A stretch of 32,000 nucleotides of DNA from an uncultured Nitrospiraceae bacterium (lineage in GTDB: Bacteria > Nitrospirota > Nitrospiria > Nitrospirales > Nitrospiraceae): contig CAVVIR010000010.1 in NCBI GenBank assembly GCA_963748375.1, forward strand, positions 20,637 through 52,636, given 5' to 3'. The position numbers were made by a program, and so were the translations under genes. Of this stretch, positions 25,201-32,000 are shown one piece after another. A model generated the notes under the pieces. That model saw only the letters and a list, made by a program, of their open reading frames with translations, made no database searches and was not told the origin of the DNA. Within the stretch, counting starts at the first letter, position 1. Every line of letters begins with the position of its first letter.

Positions 25201-25309
25201 CGATGGCTATGTCCGGAGAATGTATGGAGATGTACAGTTCGCGGTCATCGATCATCTCGAAGCGTTACCGACGCGATTGCCGTGGATCTATCAACGGCTG
25301 ACGACGTAA
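22262..25309 (+). CDS. large VWA-domain protein of the NorD/CbbO type
   Basis: ORF track 22142..25309 has a TTG start; the first ATG is at 22262 (MEISDTRQQLI). The N-terminal half holds repeated modules of about 50 aa (ALEFLRISPDMVRVIPLDQLDAWLEIGLEL / ALEYIRQLPAVARVLPIQQARAWAMFGLKL / TVEFLRTSPLILG / IAWLSESPRLLRVVP / ALAYLRRAPELASV). An HEAGH motif lies at 23534-23548. The C-terminal VWA domain has the MIDAS sequence DVSGST (24758-24775), then SDGRP and HPFCITID. Confidence 0.75.
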   Translation: MEISDTRQQLIAKLAEELGLATGQQLVSCLAGSTTEPNQVDGISLLLDELMEISPKVVRAAIESFPDLQQRGCLSDAVAWLDLGIVLAESSGAIGLKYFKESPLVLGMIEPLSVRSVVLNRVLELAERDANVALEFLRISPDMVRVIPLDQLDAWLEIGLELTQVDFVVALEYIRQLPAVARVLPIQQARAWAMFGLKLISRNSLGKTDYLGTVEFLRTSPLILGDHEDLSVRAKVITVGSLLAERDPGSGIAWLSESPRLLRVVPHEGWRLKILQYGALVAECDADTALAYLRRAPELASVIGESAEAMARFEAWFTAGMEVLAYSVEAARAYFALESQKALTSVEAALSGVPLRQVARTVKLFVQGLCGTDLTIQALPDSLNQEMSVRATVSQDGRTISLPALLRRYPTAEENTRLYLVMAAHEAGHVEFGTYRLTLEPFADLALALRQKYDKSKDATPDTLAALFRLYPHPGLIQDLWMLVEDARVEFLLQREYPGLQRDLQRLALEAVATRSLTHGLTVKELVVDQLLQLSTAASQPVAIHEAIKDEIAVLWPICQTILSPAATAEEAVRVAHALYLRLEELLAPKGAMIQADQTDEVSEERGVGPSASEQTGENYRPVTNWVYRGAMNPEFIRQHDQNERVSDDQKQSADIERMASAAGGDQESSAQGQRNREGRHTEPESDRLAGGRQWPSHVEELLALKVEQPTPTDHAGIGDHAVRYPEWDQGIDDYRLNWCCVIERAAEEGNGDIVGATLSAHGSEVSALRRFFEGLRPPGLRRVSGQADGDDLDVDAAVRLCAERAAGADLSDRIFVRRERKERDVAAAFLVDVSGSTSRQLDSGRRVIDLEKEGLVLLCEALEAVGDHYALYGYSGQGRGHVDFLVIKDFDDRLSGKAAQRLGGLAPMRQNRDGAAIRHATAKLLEREARTRLLVLISDGRPLDDGYKDEYSLEDTKVALREARQRGVHPFCITIDREADGYVRRMYGDVQFAVIDHLEALPTRLPWIYQRLTT

Positions 25310-25400
25310 AACGTGAAAGGTAAAAAGTGAGAAGTGGAAGAATGGCAACACTGTCATTTCCCCATACCTTTTACGTTTCACCTTTCACGAGAGAACGAAA

Positions 25401-25808
25401 ATGGGGAATGCATCTGAAAGACATGCTGTGCCGCCTTGGCTGTACAAGCTCTTTACAGGACATCAGTATCCCTATGTCCGCCGATTGGCAAAGTTTGCCC
25501 AGCCGATCAAACCGGGAGAAGATCGCCAGGAGCCGACGAAGGATCTGATCGAGGCCAAGTTTTGGGAAGTCTATCCCCGCTGTTGGGCCAAGATTCTTCA
25601 AGAAGTGAAAGTAGGGATGATCGTGGTCTTTCACGACCTTGGTGAATATCCCGCCGGAGGGTATCAAGAATTGGTCGATGATCCGGACGCGTTTCTGGCA
25701 AAGACGTATGGCAAGAAGAAGATCAAAGTTAATTTCTATGATGGGGATAATTTCGTCTGCACGATCAACTTTAAAGTCGCAGGCTGGACAGAGCATGAAC
25801 ACACATAA
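25401..25808 (+). CDS. hypothetical protein (135 aa), no family recognised
   Basis: The ORF has balanced composition and mostly G/C third positions. It has a weak RBS and overlaps a 143-aa antisense ORF. It is bracketed by two inverted-repeat regions. The coding call is tentative. Confidence 0.45.
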   Translation: MGNASERHAVPPWLYKLFTGHQYPYVRRLAKFAQPIKPGEDRQEPTKDLIEAKFWEVYPRCWAKILQEVKVGMIVVFHDLGEYPAGGYQELVDDPDAFLAKTYGKKKIKVNFYDGDNFVCTINFKVAGWTEHEHT

Positions 25809-25824
25809 GCAGTGCTGAAATGAA

Positions 25825-25901
25825 AGTGCTGAGTGCTGAGACGGAAACCGAAGAATTTCTCGATTTCCTGACTCGATACTCAGCGCTCAGTACTCAGCAC
25901 T
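25825..25901. repeat. inverted repeat built from GTGCTGA heptamers, immediately upstream of the mdh RBS
   Basis: AGTGCTGAGTGCTGAG (25825-25840) pairs with CTCAGTACTCAGCACT (25886-25901), giving 16 bp with one G-U. A third AGTGCTGA lies at 25811-25818. There is no U-tract. Confidence 0.4.
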
Positions 25902-25913
25902 TCCGGAGGAAGC

Positions 25914-26852
25914 ATGGGGAGACCGAAGATTACGGTGGTGGGTGCAGGGAACGTCGGAGGCACGACGGCGCAGCGGCTAGCCGAGAAGGACGAGTACGAG
26001 GTGGTGCTCGTCGATATTGCCGAGGGTGTCCCACAAGGCAAGGCGCTCGATATCACACAGGCTGGGCCAGTCTGCGGCTATAGTACCCGCGTGGTGGGCA
26101 CGAACGGCTATGATGAAACGGCTGGCTCGTCAGTGGCGGTGATCACCTCCGGAATCCCGCGCAAGCCCGGGATGAGCCGTGACGAGTTGTTGACCACGAA
26201 CGCGAAGATCGTGAAGTCAGTCGTGTCTGCGCTGGTGTCTCGATCGCCGAACATCATTCTGATTCTCGTCACCAACCCGCTTGATGCCATGGTCCATGTG
26301 GCGCGTCGCGTGAGTGGATTGCCGAAGTCTCGGATCTTGGGTATGGCGGGAGTGCTCGATTCCGCCCGCATGCGTGCTTTTATCGCCGCGGAATTGAGTG
26401 TGTCGGGTTCTGACGTGGCTGCGATGGTTCTGGGTGGGCATGGCGATACGATGGTGCCGTTGTCACGATACACGATGGTCAAGGGGAAGCCGGTCTCGGA
26501 GTTGATGTCGAAGGACCGGTTGGAGGCGGTGGTAAAGCGGACACGCGAGGGGGGCGCTGAAATCGTAGGCCTGTTAAAAACGGGCAGCGCGTTCTATGCG
26601 CCGTCAGCCTCGGCGGTCGATATGGTCGAGGCGATCATGAAGGACCAGAAGCGGGTGGTGCCCTGTGCGGTGCTCTGCGAGGGCGAGTATGGATTGCAGG
26701 ATGTCGTCGTTGGGGTGCCGGTTAAGTTGGGCCGAGGCGGGGCGGAACAGATTGTCGAGTATGAGTTGACGGCGGAGGAGCGAGCGGCATTGAAAACTTC
26801 TGCCGGTGCGGTGCGCGAGCTCTGCGCGGCGGTCGATCGTCTCATGGCGTAA
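25914..26852 (+). CDS. mdh: malate dehydrogenase (LDH-like MDH family)
   Basis: A GGAGGA RBS is present. Signatures include [49 protein letters not shown] and [10 protein letters not shown], in a 312-aa product. Confidence 0.95.
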   Translation: MGRPKITVVGAGNVGGTTAQRLAEKDEYEVVLVDIAEGVPQGKALDITQAGPVCGYSTRVVGTNGYDETAGSSVAVITSGIPRKPGMSRDELLTTNAKIVKSVVSALVSRSPNIILILVTNPLDAMVHVARRVSGLPKSRILGMAGVLDSARMRAFIAAELSVSGSDVAAMVLGGHGDTMVPLSRYTMVKGKPVSELMSKDRLEAVVKRTREGGAEIVGLLKTGSAFYAPSASAVDMVEAIMKDQKRVVPCAVLCEGEYGLQDVVVGVPVKLGRGGAEQIVEYELTAEERAALKTSAGAVRELCAAVDRLMA

Positions 26853-26975
26853 TTAGTTTCAGTCAGGATTCGTTCACATGAATCGATTGGATGCATCGCC
26901 GTTCTGTTGTTTGACAGGAGTAGAGCGACTGCTGTACAGAAAGCAGTGTAGTCGTGCGCTAAACGAGGAGATGTC

Positions 26976-27563
26976 ATGAAATTTCTTGAAGATCCGATGC
27001 AGACGATCGCCGTAGGGTTTGGGCTCGCGATAATCTTGATTATGGGGTATCTGGCCATGGTTGGTGTACCGGTCGGCGATGCTGATTGGTTTGGCCTGTT
27101 GCTCCGATGGGTCCATTTCCTGGCAGGAATCGTGTGGATCGGGATGCTGTATTTTTTCAACCTGGTCAATGCGTCGTTTTTGAAGAGCCTGGATGGTCCT
27201 ACGAAAAATATTGTGATTCCCAAGTTGATGCCTGCCGCGCTGGGTTGGTTCCGTCATGGTGCCACGATTACGGTGCTTGCGGGAATTGTACTGTATCTCT
27301 ATATGTATCAAAGAGGCGGAACCGGGGCGATTGCATTGGGAATCGGCGGCCTATTGGGTATCATCATGATGGCCAATGTTCACGCGATCATTTGGCCGAA
27401 TCAACGAAGGATTATTGCGGCCGTCACGGCAGCAGCTCAGGGGACTCCCGCGCCGCCGGAAATGGCCCAGTGGGGTCGGACCGCGCTCCTCGCTTCACGG
27501 GTCAACTTTATGTTGTCGATCCCCATGCTGTTATTCATGGGGGCTGGCAGCCACCTCAGGTAA
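26976..27563 (+). CDS. integral membrane protein, urate-oxidase-N-terminal (PuuD)-like family
   Basis: A GAGGAG RBS is present. The 195-aa product has 4-5 TM helices. The motif WVHFLAGIVWIGMLYFFN resembles the conserved His-containing first helix pair of the PuuD/DUF-type membrane domain. The family assignment is from memory. Confidence 0.55.
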   Translation: MKFLEDPMQTIAVGFGLAIILIMGYLAMVGVPVGDADWFGLLLRWVHFLAGIVWIGMLYFFNLVNASFLKSLDGPTKNIVIPKLMPAALGWFRHGATITVLAGIVLYLYMYQRGGTGAIALGIGGLLGIIMMANVHAIIWPNQRRIIAAVTAAAQGTPAPPEMAQWGRTALLASRVNFMLSIPMLLFMGAGSHLR

Positions 27564-27575
27564 GATGCTGTCGCC

Positions 27576-27599
27576 TACCGGCGGGGAAGCCCGCCGGTA
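27576..27599 (+). terminator. GC-rich hairpin after the membrane-protein gene (possible terminator, no U-tract)
   Basis: A perfect 10-bp stem (taccggcggg/cccgccggta) with a GAAG loop lies 13 nt after the stop. It is followed by aatcag rather than a T run. Confidence 0.35.
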
Positions 27600-27708
27600 A
27601 ATCAGATGAGTGCCCACCCCTGTTTTCATCCTCCGGAATTTAGCTGCCGAAGAGCAATCTTGGCAAAAAACTTCGACGGCCTGCATACAGGATGCTCAAA
27701 AAGTCCGT

Positions 27709-28954
<1,246 letters not shown>

Positions 28955-29182
28955 GTTAGTGAGGCGGCCGGGTCCCCGTTGAGGGTCTGAACGATGCGAG
29001 AACGAAGCTGGCGGGCTTTTTCAGCATCCTGTTGGTGGTCCATATGGCCAGTTCCATGATAGGGCAGTGGTCCTAAGTCATTGAGATTCAGGCCTATTGT
29101 CCTGTCATTGCCTTGACGAATACCGGCCAGGCACTCTATAGTGTCGCATCATTCGTTGAAACAAACAGGTCAGGAAGGACGC

Positions 29183-30484
29183 ATGACGACTGCGACCGAA
29201 CCGCGGGTTCTCCAAACACTTGATGGCGCTCCATGGGATATCGATGCCTACCGGAAGATCGGGGGCTACGAGGCATGGGAAAAGTGTGTCAAAGAGTTGA
29301 GCGCGACCAACATCGTGAATCACCTGAAGAAAGCTGGCCTGCGCGGGCGAGGGGGGGCGGGTTTTCCAACGGGCATCAAGTGGGAAAAGGTTCTGAATCA
29401 TCGGGTGAAAGAACATTATTTTGTCTGTAATGCCGGCGAACATGAGCCAGGGACGTTTAAAGATCGTTATTTACTCAAGCAGGCGCCACACCAACTTATC
29501 GAGGGCTGTCTCATTGCCGCCTACACGGTACAAGCGAAGGCAGCGTTTATCTACGTGAATCATGAGTACCACGAAGAGCGGGAGAATCTGAAGAAAGCCT
29601 TGGCGCAGGCGAAGGCTCAAGGGTTCTTGGGCCATAATATTCTGGGGAGCGGTGTAGATCTCGACCTACAAGTTTTTGAAGGCCACGGGAGCTACGTGGC
29701 TGGTGAAGAAACGGCGATGCTCGAATCGATGCAAGGGCGTCCGGCGATGCCGAGACAGAAACCGCCTTTCTATCCGACAGATTTCGGCCTCTATGGCAAG
29801 CCGACGTTAGTCAATAATGTCGAAACGTTGTGCAATATTCCTCGGATCCTTCTCAAAGGCGTGGATTGGTTCACACAGGTTGGCACAGAAAAGTGTCCGG
29901 GCACGATGATGTTCTCTCTGAGCGGTGCTGTGAATCGGCCTGGCGTATACGAAATGCCGATGGGCACGACCATCCGGGAACTTGTGGATACATGTGGCGG
30001 AGGGGTGCCTGGCGGCCGCAAGGTCAAAGCGGTATTCCCCGGTGGGCCGGCCTTTTCGATGGTCACCGCCGATCAGCTCGACCTGTCGATGGATTTCGAT
30101 TCGTTGAAGAAAGCGGGAACAGGACTTGGATCGGCTGGCGTGATCGTGGTCGATGATGCGACATGTATGGTGGCCCTTACGCTCAAGTTCTCAAATTTCT
30201 TCAAGGCTGAGAGTTGCGGGCAGTGTCCGCCCTGTCGAATGGGGACCATTAATCTCGCTGCGCTGATGACGAAGATCGAGCAGGGAGAGGGGACGGAGAA
30301 AGATATGGAGAGTCTCCTCCAGCTCTGTGGATTTGTGAAGGGGACGGGCTATTGTACACTGGTAACTGGGGCTGCCGTGTTGGTTCAGAGCAGCATCAAA
30401 CTGTTTCGCCACGAGTTCGAAGAACATATCCGATTGCAGCGCTGTCCTTATCAGCCACTGACGGTCGGCGCCACGGTGCATTGA
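29183..30484 (+). CDS. nuoF: NADH dehydrogenase flavoprotein subunit NuoF-like (51-kDa, FMN and 4Fe-4S binding)
   Basis: ORF track 29141..30484 has a GTG start. An AGGAAGGA RBS precedes the ATG at 29183. Signatures include GLRGRGGAGFPTGIKW, VCNAGEHEPGTFKDR, GSYVAGEETAMLES, NNVETL and ESCGQCPPCRMG. No nuoE or nuoG is adjacent. Confidence 0.88.
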   Translation: MTTATEPRVLQTLDGAPWDIDAYRKIGGYEAWEKCVKELSATNIVNHLKKAGLRGRGGAGFPTGIKWEKVLNHRVKEHYFVCNAGEHEPGTFKDRYLLKQAPHQLIEGCLIAAYTVQAKAAFIYVNHEYHEERENLKKALAQAKAQGFLGHNILGSGVDLDLQVFEGHGSYVAGEETAMLESMQGRPAMPRQKPPFYPTDFGLYGKPTLVNNVETLCNIPRILLKGVDWFTQVGTEKCPGTMMFSLSGAVNRPGVYEMPMGTTIRELVDTCGGGVPGGRKVKAVFPGGPAFSMVTADQLDLSMDFDSLKKAGTGLGSAGVIVVDDATCMVALTLKFSNFFKAESCGQCPPCRMGTINLAALMTKIEQGEGTEKDMESLLQLCGFVKGTGYCTLVTGAAVLVQSSIKLFRHEFEEHIRLQRCPYQPLTVGATVH

Positions 30485-30497
30485 GGAGCGAATTACG

Positions 30498-30845
30498 ATG
30501 CCGCATGTGACGTTTCTTCTTCCTGAAGGCAGGAGTGGAGAGGTTGAGATCAATACGTCGCTGTTGGAGGCGTCGAAGCTGCTCGGGTGTCGGTTGAATC
30601 ACGATTGTGGCGGGAACGCTTCCTGTACCACCTGTCGGGTCGAAGTGCAGATGGGCGCCGAGAACCTGTCTGACATCGACTTCGATGAGCAAGATCTCCT
30701 CGATCGGGAAGCCCTCAGCGAGCCCTGGCATCGTCTTGGATGTCAGGCTAAAGTGCTCGGAGACGTGGTGGTTCGGGTGCCGGATGGCAAGTGGGTTGCA
30801 CCCACGATGCCGCAGTCAGAGTCGCAGGGTCTTGAAATCCAGTAA
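30498..30845 (+). CDS. fdx: 2Fe-2S ferredoxin (adrenodoxin/ISC Fdx type)
   Basis: A GAGGAG RBS is present. The cluster ligand pattern is C-x5-C-x2-C (CGGNASCTTCRV) with a distal Cys (RLGCQAKV). It starts 13 nt after the nuoF-like stop. Confidence 0.85.
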   Translation: MPHVTFLLPEGRSGEVEINTSLLEASKLLGCRLNHDCGGNASCTTCRVEVQMGAENLSDIDFDEQDLLDREALSEPWHRLGCQAKVLGDVVVRVPDGKWVAPTMPQSESQGLEIQ

Positions 30846-30915
30846 AGAGATGTTACACTAAACCATTCCAGGCAGGTCTTTGAAGGACGGCTTGGCCACA
30901 ACGAGGAGGATCACC

Positions 30916-31236
30916 ATGCTGACGATTACACCGGTGGCAGAACAAAAGATCAAGGAATTGATGGTTGAGGAGAAGGATATCGTCGGCCTGCGCGTCTATG
31001 TCAAGGGCGGCGGGTGCCACGGATATCAATATGGGATGGCCTTCGAGTCGAAAATGGGTGACGACGACACGGTGGTGGAAAAGGGCATCGTGAAGGTCAT
31101 CATGGATTCCCAGAGTGCTCCGCTTCTTCAGGGTGCCGAAGTCGATTACGTGGATAGCCTCCAAGGGTCCGGGTTCTCGATCAAGAATCCGCAAGCGAAG
31201 ACGACGTGTGGGTGTGGCAGCTCCTTCAGCTCCTGA
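30916..31236 (+). CDS. erpA: iron-sulfur cluster insertion protein (HesB/IscA/ErpA family)
   Basis: ORF track 30880..31236. A GAGGAGGA RBS precedes the ATG at 30916 (MLTITPVAEQKIKEL). Signatures include LRVYVKGGGCHGYQYGM and the C-terminal CGCGSSF. Confidence 0.85.
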   Translation: MLTITPVAEQKIKELMVEEKDIVGLRVYVKGGGCHGYQYGMAFESKMGDDDTVVEKGIVKVIMDSQSAPLLQGAEVDYVDSLQGSGFSIKNPQAKTTCGCGSSFSS

Positions 31237-31288
31237 TGAACGTGCGTGGCAAGAGCGTGAGTCGGTCGGTTGCGTAAGTAACAGGGGG

Positions 31289-31335
31289 AGCCAGGATTGT
31301 CCGAATACCGCGGCAATCCTGGCTTCTCTATTTCT
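31289..31335 (+). terminator. rho-independent terminator after erpA
   Basis: A perfect 11-bp stem pairs agccaggattg (31289-31299) with caatcctggct (31314-31324). It is followed by the T-rich tctctatttct. Confidence 0.6.
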
Positions 31336-31360
31336 GCACCGGATATGAGCTGGATGTACG

Positions 31361-31903
31361 ATGGGACAGGCGAGTGTCACGCGACGATATCGGTTCTGCG
31401 CCGCGCATCGACTGCACACGGATTATCTGTCACCCCAGGAAAACCTGGCTGTGTTTGGGAAGTGCAATAATCCCAATGGACATGGCCATAACTATGTGGT
31501 GCTGGTAACCGTAAGGAATAGGGTGCAGACTGAGGCTGGTGTAGGTGTGGACCTCGGTCGGCTGGATCAGATTGTGGGAGAACACGTCATCACGCGATTC
31601 GACCATTGCGACCTCAATCAAGATCCTGAGTTTGCCGATCGCACCACGACGGGAGAAAATTTGGTGATGCTGATCTGGGATTTGCTCGTACCGTACCTTC
31701 CAGATGGGCAACTGGAAAAGGTCGGGCTCATTGAAACACGCGACAACTATTTCGAGTATGCGGGGGCGACGAATCAAGCCCCGGTGTTTAGAGGAGGGGC
31801 GTCATGGCTAAGCAAGGAGTCAAGCGGCAGGGCCGGCAGCCGGGCGAAGATAGTAACGGGAGCGGCAGGCCGGCAGATCTGGCTGTGTTGCAATCCCTGG
31901 TGA
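31361..31903 (+). CDS. queD: 6-carboxytetrahydropterin / 6-pyruvoyl-tetrahydropterin synthase (QueD/PTPS family); 3' end questionable
   Basis: Signatures include RRYRFCAAHRL, GKCNNPNGHGHNY, DHCDLNQD and LIETRDNYFEY. Homology ends at about residue 140, but the ORF runs on for 40 more codons and overlaps folE. Confidence 0.85.
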   Translation: MGQASVTRRYRFCAAHRLHTDYLSPQENLAVFGKCNNPNGHGHNYVVLVTVRNRVQTEAGVGVDLGRLDQIVGEHVITRFDHCDLNQDPEFADRTTTGENLVMLIWDLLVPYLPDGQLEKVGLIETRDNYFEYAGATNQAPVFRGGASWLSKESSGRAGSRAKIVTGAAGRQIWLCCNPW

Positions 31904-32000
31904 CAGAGATGTTGCTCGCCCTCGGCGAAAAGCCGGGCCGGAACGGGCTGCTCAAGACTCCGGAGCGGGTCGCCAAGGCCCTCGCCTTCATGACCCAGGG
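31804..32000 (+). CDS. folE: GTP cyclohydrolase I (type 1), N-terminal part only (runs off the window)
   Basis: A GAGGAGG RBS precedes the ATG at 31804. My translation is MAKQGVKRQGRQPGEDSNGSGRPADLAVLQSLVTEMLLALGEKPGRNGLLKTPERVAKALAFMTQG. It contains the conserved G..P.R.GLL.TP.RVAK motif. It is not in the ORF track because there is no stop in the window. Confidence 0.85.
   Translation, partial: MAKQGVKRQGRQPGEDSNGSGRPADLAVLQSLVTEMLLALGEKPGRNGLLKTPERVAKALAFMTQ

Noticed and set aside
25811-25901. Possible CRISPR or tandem-repeat array from the repeated GTGCTGA units
   Set aside because: It has only three short units per arm, arranged as an inverted repeat. There are no spacers of regular length and no cas genes.
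31237-31360. preQ1 or THF riboswitch upstream of queD/folE
   Set aside because: The region folds as a simple terminator hairpin for erpA and lacks the A-rich tail and conserved loops of preQ1-class riboswitches. Nothing recognisable remains.
30853-31419. 188-aa minus-strand ORF
   Set aside because: It is antisense to erpA and spans the erpA terminator and the queD start. It has no motifs.

Overview
The window looks like a nitrifier accessory region, most likely a comammox-type Nitrospira; that assignment is an inference from the AmoA/AmoC/AmoB sequences and the surrounding gene content. The core is a minus-strand copper and ammonia-oxidation block. It runs from a ferredoxin-thioredoxin-reductase-like gene through an exported protein, three tandem paralogous membrane-anchored periplasmic proteins (AmoD/AmoE/PmoD-like by synteny and topology), copC, and a copD-cytochrome c-thioredoxin-like fusion. 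An IS1595-family insertion follows, then amoC-amoA-amoB with promoter and terminator, a decayed IS3-family element, a NirK-like gene, an exported truncated hemoglobin and a small exported protein. Flanking housekeeping genes are a sigma54 two-component pair, malQ, a human-type single-chain transketolase, a large NorD/CbbO-like VWA protein, mdh, a PuuD-like membrane protein, a nuoF-like gene, a 2Fe-2S ferredoxin, erpA/iscA, queD and folE (partial). There are three mobile elements (IS3 remnant, IS1595, IS110) and two families of long palindromic REP/MITE-like repeats. One repeat copy is split by the IS110 element, whose 5' non-coding end contains copies of its own insertion-junction sequence, making it a bridge-RNA candidate. 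Several genes carry reading-frame lesions: five -1/+1 pairs (in the transketolase, the IS110 transposase and IS3 orfA), always with the -1 at the lower coordinate, and a C9 tract at the amoC 5' end. These may be assembly artefacts or real decay; I cannot tell which from the sequence alone. No rRNA, tRNA or CRISPR array was seen.
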